Of a stretch of DNA of 64,000 bases, positions 1 to 10,019 are shown piece by piece. Both the position numbers and the translations under genes were made by a program. Every line of letters starts with the position of its first letter. Position 1 is the stretch's first letter. This DNA comes from an uncultured Bacteroidota bacterium (GTDB lineage: Bacteria; Bacteroidota; Ignavibacteria; UBA10030; UBA6906), in the NCBI GenBank assembly GCA_963700635.1, contig CAVOYH010000006.1, forward strand, positions 64,001 to 128,000, read 5' to 3'. The notes under the pieces are model-generated. The model saw nothing but the letters and a program-made list of their open reading frames with translations. It ran no database searches and was not told the DNA's origin.

Positions 1-267
1 TTTACCCCTCCCGGCATGGGGGGAGATATCAAGTTGAGCGAAGCAAAAAAGCGTATTGGCGATGCCGTATGTATGATCGGAGGGTTTGATCAGAAAGAGT
101 ATTTTGCACACGGGACCCCGGAGCAGACCAGAGCCGCGGTGCGGAAGTGTTTTGAGGAAGCCGGTCAGGGCGGAGGATACATCCTCTGTCCGTCAGACCA
201 CTTTTTTGATGCAGAGATCTCGCTGCTGGAAGCGTTCGGCGATGAAGCCGGGAAGTGCGTGTACTAG
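1..267 (+). CDS. Uroporphyrinogen decarboxylase-family (URO-D/MtaA-like) protein, C-terminal part, truncated by window edge
   Basis: Frame is open from base 1 (FTPPGMGGD...). The C-terminal GGFDQ...GTPEQ...GGGYILCPSDHF pattern is typical of URO-D-like barrels. Confidence 0.7.
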   Translation, partial: FTPPGMGGDIKLSEAKKRIGDAVCMIGGFDQKEYFAHGTPEQTRAAVRKCFEEAGQGGGYILCPSDHFFDAEISLLEAFGDEAGKCVY

Positions 268-1250
268 GCGCCGGCAGCACCCGCATTCAACCCCCGCACC
301 CCGCGCCGGAACATCACCACGCCCGCTACAAGCGGTATCAGCCCGATGAGTACGCCGCCAACCAGCACATCAGTAGTGTGCTCGCCCTGGACCGCACCGA
401 TCAGAAACGCGAGGGCAAGACCCAGGGTGACCATCCCCCCCACAGAGGCGGAAATTCCGCCCAGGACCACTTCCAAAAAAGGAAACACACGCTGGCGCAG
501 CGTCGGAGATGTGCTGGTGCCCTCACGTACAAGGACTTCTTCTTCCACGCCTGCAGCAATGACCAACTGGTCTTTGTGGAGCCGCCGGACCAATCGCACC
601 GTCCACCGCCAGCACACAATGAGAACAAGAATGGTCAGCAGCGCGAGCAGCGCAGCCACACCGGCCTCTTCTATTTCCCCCAGCGCCATAAGTGGAAAAT
701 CATAGAGCGTATGGAGTAACACCGCAATCCCATACCCTTTCATAATCAGGCGGGTTTTGATGGAAGGGTTGAAGTGCGCCTGCCCCACATAATATCCCAT
801 AATCGCTCCCAGGAACGCGTGGAGCGGAACGGCAGTGAAGGCGCGAGACACAGCAACGCTTAATCCGCCGTCAAAGACAAACAGGGCATTCTCCAGAGTC
901 GCAAAACCGAGCGATGCCACGACACCATACACAATACCATCCATCGGTTCATCAAACGCTTTGTTCCGCAGATTGTACCCGACGAGAACGGAGAGTTTGA
1001 CGAATTCTTCCGGGAGCGCGGCGACGAACAGTGCGGAGAGAAAACTGGCCAGCAGCGGATTCCTGACATACCCGACAGCTTCCTGGAGGGGATACCCGAC
1101 GAGAAGTACCGGCGCTACGGTGAGCACGCCGAGAGCAAAGGTGGTCCAGAGGACCCTCGGCGGTTCCGGATACACATCACGTGCATGGAAATACCAGACC
1201 AGGAGAGCCGAAGGGATAATTGCGGACACGGCGAGAAGCGAAATGAGCAT
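264..1250 (-). CDS. PrsW-family intramembrane glutamic protease
   Basis: Multiple TM segments with PEEFVK, FDEPMDGIVYG, GFATLEN, PLHA and LLHTLYD motifs. Confidence 0.85.
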   Translation of the reverse strand: MLISLLAVSAIIPSALLVWYFHARDVYPEPPRVLWTTFALGVLTVAPVLLVGYPLQEAVGYVRNPLLASFLSALFVAALPEEFVKLSVLVGYNLRNKAFDEPMDGIVYGVVASLGFATLENALFVFDGGLSVAVSRAFTAVPLHAFLGAIMGYYVGQAHFNPSIKTRLIMKGYGIAVLLHTLYDFPLMALGEIEEAGVAALLALLTILVLIVCWRWTVRLVRRLHKDQLVIAAGVEEEVLVREGTSTSPTLRQRVFPFLEVVLGGISASVGGMVTLGLALAFLIGAVQGEHTTDVLVGGVLIGLIPLVAGVVMFRRGVRGLNAGAAGA

Positions 1251-1253
1251 GTG

Positions 1254-2303
1254 TTATGCCGATGATTCCCATGTCCGGAGCCCGAATCGGCTCAGGTAGA
1301 TGGGGATGTTCTGGAAGAGCGGATCCGTCTCCTGGATCTCCCGTATCATACTACGTTTTGCGACTGAAAGATCTCCGGCCAGAATGGTCACCGATCCTCC
1401 CAATCCGCCCGCACCATTCACTTTCCAGCCCAGTGCGCCGTACTCCCGGGCGATCTGTATCACCTTTAGTGCGTCGGCACTGACAAGATCGGGATGCAGC
1501 CGGACTTGCGCTTCAGTATTTTCGATCATGGCTTTCCCGAAATCACCAAACCTGCCTTCATAGAGGGCATCCCTGGACTTTTCTGCCGTTCCCCTGAGCG
1601 CCTCAAGACGGGGCGATTCCGGCCCCTCGTTCTCGAGATCATGGATCACTTTTTTGTGCAGCTCCGTCGAATCGTGAGAACGTCCGAGATAGATCAGTGT
1701 GAGCCGGCGCTCCAGTTCCCACCAGGTGTCGTTGGGCACCTGGATCTGCGACACCGTTGCCCACGGGAACTGCCGCATTTCAATAAAGTTGATCCCCCCG
1801 AACGCCGAGCACAACTGATCCTGGATGCCGCATTGCAGATGCAGCATATTCATTTCGACATGATGCGCGGCAAGCGCCACTTCATGAGGCGTTTTCCGAC
1901 CCCGTGTCAGCCGGTCAAGAGCCCCCAGTAATGCCACCGAAACCGCTGCAGAAGTCCCGGTCGATGCACCTACCGGCGCCTCGGAGTAGATCGTCACGTG
2001 CAGGGAAAGATTGGGTGGGATCTTCATGTAGTGGATTGCGGCCTCCAGAAGAGGGTGTTTGTTCCACACACCGTGCTCGGGAGCAACGGCATAACGGTCC
2101 CCGTAGTTTTCGGCCTCAATGATAACCCGTTCCTTCTCCCCTTCGGCCGGAAAAACCTGCACCTGCACCTCCGCGTACGGATAGACGCCGATATTAAAGA
2201 TCTTGCCGTGTCCGGCAAACCATGTGTCCGTCCACCCTCCGTTATCCACAATCCTGATGGGGGCAACACTGTTTATCACGCGCAGAGGGGTACGGGAATT
2301 CAT
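1254..2303 (-). CDS. GHMP-family sugar kinase (HddA/fucokinase-like)
   Basis: APIRI..GGWTD, P-loop variant PVGASTGTSAA, GIQDQ, KVNGAGGLGG. Start moved to ATG 2303 because the longer ORF overlaps the divergent gene. Confidence 0.8.
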   Translation of the reverse strand: MNSRTPLRVINSVAPIRIVDNGGWTDTWFAGHGKIFNIGVYPYAEVQVQVFPAEGEKERVIIEAENYGDRYAVAPEHGVWNKHPLLEAAIHYMKIPPNLSLHVTIYSEAPVGASTGTSAAVSVALLGALDRLTRGRKTPHEVALAAHHVEMNMLHLQCGIQDQLCSAFGGINFIEMRQFPWATVSQIQVPNDTWWELERRLTLIYLGRSHDSTELHKKVIHDLENEGPESPRLEALRGTAEKSRDALYEGRFGDFGKAMIENTEAQVRLHPDLVSADALKVIQIAREYGALGWKVNGAGGLGGSVTILAGDLSVAKRSMIREIQETDPLFQNIPIYLSRFGLRTWESSA

Positions 2304-2498
2304 AGGGCTCTCGACAGTGGGGAATGGATATAATGTAGAGAGAGCTTTCCCAAAGTTCAAGTTGAGTTTCCTTGCAGAATTCCTTATGTTCCTCTCGTAA
2401 TTTCCTATCCTCCGCAGTTCACCCACAAAACATCCGGAGACTTCCCGGGATCTGACCCGCCGGCACGTACGATCGGAATACCGGGAGAAGAACAACCC

Positions 2499-4100
2499 AT
2501 GAAAACAATCTACCTCGTTGCGAGCGGCGACCTCCGCCTGTCCGCAAATCAGAATTGCGAAGCCGCCCAGGCCGACATGGAAAAGCAGATCGTCGCCGCA
2601 GTAGAGCAGCTTGGAGGGACTGTCAGGCGTGCCCATTCATACGACCCCGCCAAACGGCACGGGTTCATCGACAGCCAGAAATACGGAATGGAAGTCTTTC
2701 GCTCCATTCCGCCTAAAGCTCCTCTTATTGTTGCTGAAGCCGTCTGGCAATACTCCCATCATGTCCTGCCCGGACTGTTCACCCACCGGGGCCCGATCCT
2801 GACGCTTGCCAACTGGAGCGGCACCTGGCCCGGACTTGTCGGTATGCTTAACCTCAACGGCTCACTGACGAAAGCCGGAGTCGAGTACAGCACACTCTGG
2901 AGCGAGGAGTTCAAGGACCCATTTTTTGTGAGGGAACTGGCGCGATGGATGAAAAAAGGCAGGGTGAAACACGACACATCGCATGTACTTCCCTACAAAG
3001 AGGCACGGGTTCCAAAACAAGCGGAGAAGGTGGGCAAAACTTTCGCAAAGGAATTTCGACGGCAGAAAGCCATCATGGGCATCTTCGATGAAGGGTGTAT
3101 GGGGATGTACAATGCTATTATCCCCGACGAACTGCTCCACACGACGGGCATCTTCAAGGAACGACTGAGCCAATCCACGCTCTACGCCAGAATGCTCACA
3201 GTCTCCGAAGGGGAAGCGCGCGAAGTGTTTGAGTGGATCAAGGCCAGAGGAATGCGGTTTGAGTTTGGCACGAATGAGACCACGGACCTGACGGAATCAC
3301 AGGTCCTGCAACAGTGCAAGATGTATATCGCGGCGCTCCGCCTGGCCGACGAGTTCGGTTGCGCGGCAATCGGAATTCAGTATCAACAGGGGCTGAAAGA
3401 CCTTACGCCGGCATCTGATCTCGTCGAGGGTCTCCTGAACAACGTCGAACGGCCGCCCGTCCGAAGCGAAACAACCGGAGAGGTGCTGTATGCCGGCCAG
3501 GCCTTGCCTCATTTTAACGAAGTGGATGAATGTGCGGGACTTGATGGCCTTGTCACCTACACCCTCTGGCGGCAACTCGGGTACGCGCCGGAAAACACCC
3601 TTCACGATGTGCGTTGGGGGCGGCACTACAAGGGAAACGGTCTTAATGCCTTTGTTTGGGTATTGGAGATTTCCGGCGCCGTGCCGCCGGCACACCTGGT
3701 GGACGGATATGCTGGAGCGGTCGGGGAACGCCAACCGCCTATGTATTTCCGGCTGGGCGGTGCGTCCGTCAAAGGTGTAAGCAAGCCCGGGCATATTGTC
3801 TGGAGCAGGGTGTTCGTGGCCGAAGGGCGTCTTCAATGCGATCTGGGCCTCGGAGAAGTTGTCACCCTCCCCCCTGAAGAGACACGTGACCGGTGGAACC
3901 AGACGACATCACAGTGGCCCATTATGCATGCGGTGCTCAAGGGTGTGACGCGTGATCAGATGATGGCGCGACACAAGGCGAATCATATTCAGGTGGTGTA
4001 CGCCCCGGATGCCGCCGGCGCCCGGAAGGCGATGTTCGCCAAAGCGGCTGCCATGCGCGAACTCGGACTTAAAGTGTACTTCTGTGGCGTCGGCAAGTAA
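2499..4100 (+). CDS. L-fucose/D-arabinose isomerase-family protein
   Basis: 533 aa with SGDLR, NWSGTWPGLVG, GIQYQQG, PHFNEVDE and KANHIQV; recognised as the fucose-isomerase-like family. Confidence 0.7.
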   Translation: MKTIYLVASGDLRLSANQNCEAAQADMEKQIVAAVEQLGGTVRRAHSYDPAKRHGFIDSQKYGMEVFRSIPPKAPLIVAEAVWQYSHHVLPGLFTHRGPILTLANWSGTWPGLVGMLNLNGSLTKAGVEYSTLWSEEFKDPFFVRELARWMKKGRVKHDTSHVLPYKEARVPKQAEKVGKTFAKEFRRQKAIMGIFDEGCMGMYNAIIPDELLHTTGIFKERLSQSTLYARMLTVSEGEAREVFEWIKARGMRFEFGTNETTDLTESQVLQQCKMYIAALRLADEFGCAAIGIQYQQGLKDLTPASDLVEGLLNNVERPPVRSETTGEVLYAGQALPHFNEVDECAGLDGLVTYTLWRQLGYAPENTLHDVRWGRHYKGNGLNAFVWVLEISGAVPPAHLVDGYAGAVGERQPPMYFRLGGASVKGVSKPGHIVWSRVFVAEGRLQCDLGLGEVVTLPPEETRDRWNQTTSQWPIMHAVLKGVTRDQMMARHKANHIQVVYAPDAAGARKAMFAKAAAMRELGLKVYFCGVGK

Positions 4101-5064
4101 ACATCCGGTTATCCGCGCTCTTTTCTCGCTCGCACTCGTGCTGGCGGTGGGAGCCGTCTTTCATGCTGACGGGGCATTCTTTCAATGGGATACCCACCGA
4201 GACATGCTCCGCCAGGTATCCGTGATCGGAATCCTTGCCTGCGGAATGACCATGGTCATCATCACCGGTGGCATCGACCTTTCCGTGGGCAGCATCCTGG
4301 GCGTCTGTGCAGTGGTCTTTTCACTCTTCTCGATCCACCTGGGATTGCCGGACGTGTTCGCTATCGGCGGAACACTTCTGCTCGGGCTTGCGTGCGGCGT
4401 CCTTTCCGGTTCTGTGATCGCACGGTTCCGCGTCCAACCTTTCATCGCCACCCTGGCCATGATGGTCTTCGCACGGGGATTGGCAAAGCTGATCTCGGGC
4501 GGACAAAAAATCTCCACCGCGCTCCAGCTGCCTGACGGCTCGTACCAGTACGTGGATATTCCGCCGATCTACGACTTTATAGGGACGCGCATCGCCGGGG
4601 AAAATATCGCCGTTGTGACTATCGTGATGCTCCTTTCCATGGCATTCTGCGGTGTTCTCCTCTCCCGCACTCCCTGGGGACGCCAGCTTTTTGCCGTGGG
4701 CGGTAACGAAGAGGCTGCCCGGTATTCGGGGATCCCTGTGGGTGCGACAAAGATTCTTGCCTATGGACTGTGCGGCTTATTCTGCGCCGTTGCCGGGATC
4801 TGTCAGGCCGCACAGGAACTCCAGGGTGACCCCGAAGCCGGATCAACCTACGAGCTGAGCGCGATCGCCATGGTCGTGATAGGCGGGACCACACTGCAGG
4901 GTGGTCGCGGATCTATCTGGCTGACTCTCCTTGGCGTCCTTATCGTCGGCAATCTCGAGAAGATTCTGAGCATCAATGCCGTCGGCGAAGAAACACGGCT
5001 GATGCTCACCGGCGTGATCATTCTCGGAGCGGTACTCCTTCAGAAGGGAGAGTCAACAGGTTAA
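4084..5064 (+). CDS. Monosaccharide ABC transporter permease (RbsC-like)
   Basis: GGIDLSVGS, PFIATL, AVGGNEEAARYSGI, YELSAIAMVVIGGT. The GTG start at 4084 overlaps the isomerase stop. Confidence 0.9.
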   Translation: MASASKHPVIRALFSLALVLAVGAVFHADGAFFQWDTHRDMLRQVSVIGILACGMTMVIITGGIDLSVGSILGVCAVVFSLFSIHLGLPDVFAIGGTLLLGLACGVLSGSVIARFRVQPFIATLAMMVFARGLAKLISGGQKISTALQLPDGSYQYVDIPPIYDFIGTRIAGENIAVVTIVMLLSMAFCGVLLSRTPWGRQLFAVGGNEEAARYSGIPVGATKILAYGLCGLFCAVAGICQAAQELQGDPEAGSTYELSAIAMVVIGGTTLQGGRGSIWLTLLGVLIVGNLEKILSINAVGEETRLMLTGVIILGAVLLQKGESTG

Positions 5065-5136
5065 CACGCCGGGGCGAGGGGCGATGATTCAGGGATGCAC
5101 CACACAATCCGGACCGATCATCACATGGAGATGCGC

Positions 5137-6078
5137 ATGAGAATCACGATTCGCAACATTGTCCCCCGACTCCTCCTCCCCATCTTCCTGTTGGTCACCA
5201 GCGGTACAGTGACCGCCCAGACGCCGCGCTGGACTGTTGGGATGAGCCAGTGTAACCTGGGCGAGCCATGGCGTGTCCAGATGAACGCCGACATTAAGAA
5301 TGCGGCGGAAGCGCACCCTGAACTGAGTGTGATCTTTAAGGACGCGCAGAACGATAACCTCCGGCAGGTTTCACACGTCGAAGAATTTGTCCGCGCCGGC
5401 GTAGACCTCATTATCATCTCCCCTAAAGAGGCCGCACCGCTTACAAAACCGGTCAGCGCTGCGTTCAAAAAAGGGATCCCTGTGATTGTGCTGGACCGCA
5501 AGGTCCTTGGCGATAACTTTACCTGTTTTATCGGAGCCGATAACCGGCGCATCGGCAAAGCTGCGGGGAAATGGATCACCACACTTCTTGGTGGGAAAGG
5601 CAAGGTTGTTGAACTCAAGGGGTTGATGACATCGACTCCGGGCCAGGATAGAAACGTGGGATTCCGCGACGGGATCAAAGGGTCCGCCATTGAGGTGATC
5701 TTCGAGGCCGACATGAAGTGGCTGGAACCGAATGCACGCAAAGAGATGGAATCCGCACTTGCGCGGTTCCCGGCGATCGATCTTGTGTATGCCCACAATG
5801 ACCCGGGTGCACATGGTGCCTATCTTGCCGCAAGGGCGGGGGGACGTGAAAAGAACATTGTTTTTGTCGGCATTGATGCCCTCCCCCATGAAGGACAAAT
5901 GTACGTGAAGCAGGGGGTGCTTGCGGCATCGTTCGAATACCCAACCGGAGGAAAGGAAGCGGTCCAGACGGCGCTCAGCATCCTTGCCGGAAAAAAAGTC
6001 CCGCGGGAGATCACGCTGTCATCCCGCGTCTTTACACGCGAAAACATACACAAGGGCGGGGAATGGCTTTCACACTAA
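5137..6078 (+). CDS. Monosaccharide ABC transporter substrate-binding protein (RbsB-like)
   Basis: Signal peptide; GIPVIVLDR, FIGADN, YAHND, VGIDA. Start placed after a GGAG SD. Confidence 0.9.
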   Translation: MRITIRNIVPRLLLPIFLLVTSGTVTAQTPRWTVGMSQCNLGEPWRVQMNADIKNAAEAHPELSVIFKDAQNDNLRQVSHVEEFVRAGVDLIIISPKEAAPLTKPVSAAFKKGIPVIVLDRKVLGDNFTCFIGADNRRIGKAAGKWITTLLGGKGKVVELKGLMTSTPGQDRNVGFRDGIKGSAIEVIFEADMKWLEPNARKEMESALARFPAIDLVYAHNDPGAHGAYLAARAGGREKNIVFVGIDALPHEGQMYVKQGVLAASFEYPTGGKEAVQTALSILAGKKVPREITLSSRVFTRENIHKGGEWLSH

Positions 6079-6089
6079 GGGAGATCACC

Positions 6090-7232
6090 ATGTCTCAATT
6101 CGTCGCTGTACTCGTGATGCTTGTTCTTCTAGGAGATAGTATGAACGCACAACAACCCTTCAACGGCCTGGGGATGAACATGGGGAACCTCTCCCGGCTT
6201 TCCCGGGCACAGTCCCGTTCAATCAGCGCCGAGAATTTTACCGGCGAAAAGGGGAAAGGCGGTATGGCCGTCGAGGGCACCGGAGCGCAGGCCGCACGCG
6301 ATCTGGGCAAGGGATGGAAGATTTCACCTGCGGTCAGAATCAAGGCAAAACAGACCTTCACGGTCGCCGACATCAAGGGGGAAGGCGCAATCCAGCAGAT
6401 TTGGATGACACCCACGGGCCACTGGCGTTATGCTATCCTGAGGATCTACTGGGATGACGAAAAAACTCCCTCTGTCGAAGCTCCCGTTGGCGATTTTTTT
6501 GCATGCGGCTGGGGCCAGTATGCCCAGATTTCCTCGCTCGCCGTCTGCGTGAACCCGGGAAGCGCATTTAATTGTTACTGGGAAATGCCGTTCAGAAAGA
6601 GCGCACGGATCACCCTGGAGAATATCGCGGATGATGATATGACGCTCTTTTATCAGGTGAATTATACGCTCACCGAAGTCCCCGAAGATGCGGCATATTT
6701 CCATGCCCAGTTCCGCCGCACGAATCCACTTCCCTACAAGACCGACTTCACCATCCTTGACGGCGTGAAAGGGTGGGGGCACTACGTCGGAACGTACATG
6801 GCGTGGGGCGTAAACAGCGTTGGGTGGTGGGGCGAAGGTGAAATCAAGTTCTTTATGGATGGGGATACGGACTATCCGACAATCTGTGGAACGGGCACTG
6901 AAGATTATTTTTGCGGTTCCTATAATTTCGAAAATCAGAAAACCAAGCAGTACCAGGAATTTACAACCCCCTATGCAGGGCTCCCGCAAGTTATCCGGCC
7001 GGACGGAGTGTACCAGTCACAACAGCGCTTCGGCCTGTACCGCTGGCACGTGATGGACCCTATCCGGTTTGAGAAAGATCTCAGAGTGACGATGCAGGCG
7101 CTGGGGTGGCGGTCCGGCGGCCGGTATCTCCCCCTTCAGGATGATATCGCTTCCGTGGCTTTCTGGTACCAGAAGGAACCACACAGCCCATTTCCGAAGC
7201 TACCGGACAGAGATTACCTGGAAGTAAAGTAA
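6090..7232 (+). CDS. DUF2961 / glycoside hydrolase family 172 (alpha-D-arabinofuranosidase/fructofuranosidase-like), secreted
   Basis: SRSISAENFTG, GAIQQIWMT, PVGDFF, WWGEGE, GTGTEDYF, YRWHVMDPIRF; signal peptide ending NA-QQ. Confidence 0.85.
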   Translation: MSQFVAVLVMLVLLGDSMNAQQPFNGLGMNMGNLSRLSRAQSRSISAENFTGEKGKGGMAVEGTGAQAARDLGKGWKISPAVRIKAKQTFTVADIKGEGAIQQIWMTPTGHWRYAILRIYWDDEKTPSVEAPVGDFFACGWGQYAQISSLAVCVNPGSAFNCYWEMPFRKSARITLENIADDDMTLFYQVNYTLTEVPEDAAYFHAQFRRTNPLPYKTDFTILDGVKGWGHYVGTYMAWGVNSVGWWGEGEIKFFMDGDTDYPTICGTGTEDYFCGSYNFENQKTKQYQEFTTPYAGLPQVIRPDGVYQSQQRFGLYRWHVMDPIRFEKDLRVTMQALGWRSGGRYLPLQDDIASVAFWYQKEPHSPFPKLPDRDYLEVK

Positions 7233-7256
7233 GGTGGTCGGGGGAACCTTACCACA

Positions 7257-8426
7257 TCAAGGATGATGGTCCGCAGGCGTGGGGTCTAACCCGAAGCCAA
7301 GCGCAGCCAGCATGGTACACAAAGAATGCCGGGACGCGCCGCACCGTATCCTTGTCGCCGCAAATTCGCGGCGCACCGGATACTGCGCACGGAGACGTCG
7401 GAACTCCGCAGCTCTCTCCGCCGTGTTCATTGCTGTTGTTGTTCGCAAACGGGCATCATCTGCTTCTATGTCGTAACACCCTGTGAGAATCCCGCGTACG
7501 GTGTCCTCGCCTTCTCCCTGGTTCCGGATGGTGATTTCCCGGCAGAGGGGTTGAGGCAACGCAGCCGGCACCGGCCATGCGAGCCCCAGATGCCAGAGAG
7601 TGTTCAGTGCTTCAAACATCATTCGTGCGGCATTAACCTTCCCGTCAAATGAGTACCCCGCAATATGTGGCGTCGCAAGGAGCGCCTGCGTGAGGAGGCC
7701 GGAGTCGATGCGGGGCTCATCCTCCCAGACATCCAGGACTGCCGCCCGGAGATGTCCGGTCACAAGGGCGCGCCGCACCACCTCTGTCTCACACACTGCT
7801 CCGCGGGACGTGTTCACCAGAATACAACCGGGTTTAATGCGGGTGAGCAGGTCAGCATCCAGGAGGTGATGGGTCTTGTCAATACCATCCCGCGTGAGTG
7901 GTACGTGCAGAGTTAGAATATCTGCATCCAGCAGTTCATCAAGCGGACGATACAGTGGATCGCCGGTCTTCCGTGCGAGAGGCGGATCATTCAGAAGGAC
8001 ATGCATACCCAGGGCCTCACATACACGTGCGACGCGGCTGCCGACATTCCCGGCCCCCACCACGCCGACACGTAAGCCGCGCAGCGTGATCCCGAGCCGG
8101 CCACCCGCCACAAGCAGCGCAGTCGCCAGATACTCTGCCACGGAGTTGGCGTTGCTGCCGGGTGCGCTGACGAACCTGATGCCGCTTTTCGCCAGATAGG
8201 CGGTGTCCACATGGTCGGTTCCGATCGTCGCCGTACCCACAAACCGGATACGCGTGCCATCCAGCAACCCGGCGTCCACACGGGTTTCCGAACGCACCAC
8301 GACAGCATCGGCATCCATGAGAGACGAGCGGGTGATTTCTGCTGTTGGCAGAACCCGTACGTCACACCGTGCGCCCAGTGCCTGGGCGAGCAACGGGTTC
8401 TTTGAGTCAATGACGACGACCACCAT
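7257..8426 (-). CDS. pdxB: Erythronate-4-phosphate dehydrogenase
   Basis: VRSET, TATIGTDHVD, APGSNA, GAGNVG, LHVPL, NTSRG, DVWEDEP, TPHIAGYS and C-terminal YPVRREF. Confidence 0.85.
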   Translation of the reverse strand: MVVVVIDSKNPLLAQALGARCDVRVLPTAEITRSSLMDADAVVVRSETRVDAGLLDGTRIRFVGTATIGTDHVDTAYLAKSGIRFVSAPGSNANSVAEYLATALLVAGGRLGITLRGLRVGVVGAGNVGSRVARVCEALGMHVLLNDPPLARKTGDPLYRPLDELLDADILTLHVPLTRDGIDKTHHLLDADLLTRIKPGCILVNTSRGAVCETEVVRRALVTGHLRAAVLDVWEDEPRIDSGLLTQALLATPHIAGYSFDGKVNAARMMFEALNTLWHLGLAWPVPAALPQPLCREITIRNQGEGEDTVRGILTGCYDIEADDARLRTTTAMNTAERAAEFRRLRAQYPVRREFAATRIRCGASRHSLCTMLAALGFGLDPTPADHHP

Positions 8427-8432
8427 ATTCCG

Positions 8433-9839
8433 CTATTCCCACGTTGTGTGGAACACACCCTCCCTGTCGATCCGCCGGTACGTGTGCGCACCGAAAAAAT
8501 CTCTCTGAGCCTGCAACAGGTTGGCAGGGAGCACAGCGGTCCGGTATCCGTCATAGTACGCGAGCGCGCTGCCTAAAGCCGGAACAGGAACACCAAGCTG
8601 TACTGCGCTGGAGACCACGGTGCGCCACGCTTCCTGAGCATCCCTGATTACACCTGAGAAATAGGGATCAAGAAGGAGGTTGGCCAGAGCAGGATTCCGG
8701 CTGTACGCTTCCCTGATGTGCTCCAGGAACTGTGCACGAATGATGCAGCCAGCCCGCCAGACCGAACCGATGGACCCCAGGTTCAGGTTCCAGGTGTATT
8801 CCTGATCAGCCGCTCGCATGAGCTGGAACCCTTGCGCATAGGAACAAATCTTCGAGGCATAGAGTCCCTTCCGGATGTTTTCCACAAACAGCATTCCGTC
8901 GCCGGCGAACGCCTTGCCCGGGCCGACAAGAACTCTCGATGCAACAACCCGTTCCGCCTTCAGGGCGCTCATCATCCGGGCAAATACCGCTTCCGTGATA
9001 GTCTGGGCCGGAATTCCCAGATCAAGGGAAACATTGCTGGTCCACTTTCCGGTTCCCTTTTGTTCCGCTGAGTCCAGAATGACGTGAATCAACGCCTTCC
9101 CCGTATCGGGGTCTTTCGCTGCCAGAATCTTGCCGGTGATCTCGATAAGGTAGCTGTTGAGCTCGCCTGTATTCCATTCGGTAAAGACCGCAGACATTTC
9201 TTCCGGACTCAGGCCGAGGAGACGCTCCATGAGAAAGTACGCCTCGCAGATCAACTGCATGTCGCCGTACTCGATCCCGTTGTGCACCATCTTGACAAAA
9301 TGGCCGGCCCCGTCATTCCCGATCCACTCGCAACAGGGCGTACCATCAGGAGCTTTGGCGGAGATCTTCTGAAAGATCGGCTTAATCAGAGGCCACGCAG
9401 CCGGATTTCCGCCGGGCATCAAAGACGGACCGTGCAAGGCCCCTTCTTCGCCCCCGCTCACGCCGGTTCCGACGAACAGTATCCCGGTCTCCGACAATTC
9501 CTTCAAACGCCGGCGAGTGTCTTCGAAATACGAATTGCCGCCATCAACGAGCAGATCTCCCGGAGCAAGGTGGGGTTGGAGCGCCTGGATTACGGCATCA
9601 ACGGGTTTGCCGGCTGGGACCATCATGAGAATCCTGCGCGGGGAGGAGAGATGTGCGAGGAATTCCCCTAGGTCCGCCGTCACGACGATGTCTGCACCAC
9701 CAATAACCTCTTCGGCCTGCTGCACCTTCACGGGATCACGATCCATCCCCGCAACAGAGAAACCGTTTCGCTCAACATTTCGGGCAAGATTCTGCCCCAT
9801 CACACCCAACCCCACAATTCCGAACTGTTGCTGCTTCAC
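8433..9839 (-). CDS. gndA: 6-phosphogluconate dehydrogenase (NADP+, decarboxylating)
   Basis: GLGVMG, DGGNS, VSGGEEGA, KMVHNGIEYGDMQ, QKGTGKW, QAQRDFFGAHTY. Confidence 0.95.
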   Translation of the reverse strand: MKQQQFGIVGLGVMGQNLARNVERNGFSVAGMDRDPVKVQQAEEVIGGADIVVTADLGEFLAHLSSPRRILMMVPAGKPVDAVIQALQPHLAPGDLLVDGGNSYFEDTRRRLKELSETGILFVGTGVSGGEEGALHGPSLMPGGNPAAWPLIKPIFQKISAKAPDGTPCCEWIGNDGAGHFVKMVHNGIEYGDMQLICEAYFLMERLLGLSPEEMSAVFTEWNTGELNSYLIEITGKILAAKDPDTGKALIHVILDSAEQKGTGKWTSNVSLDLGIPAQTITEAVFARMMSALKAERVVASRVLVGPGKAFAGDGMLFVENIRKGLYASKICSYAQGFQLMRAADQEYTWNLNLGSIGSVWRAGCIIRAQFLEHIREAYSRNPALANLLLDPYFSGVIRDAQEAWRTVVSSAVQLGVPVPALGSALAYYDGYRTAVLPANLLQAQRDFFGAHTYRRIDREGVFHTTWE

Positions 9840-10019
9840 TGTTGTTTTCCTGTCTTCTGGTCGGAGGACCGCACACGCCGAACCCCGACGTTCACGGCTA
9901 CACCGTCCCGGTCACCGGTGCCGATCCCGGGGAAATGAACCGGAGGAAGGCCCCGTGGGGAAATTCGGGTGTGCCAGAGCGACTTTAGGGAGTGTGTCAT
10001 TGCTCCGTGTGAGTGTCAC

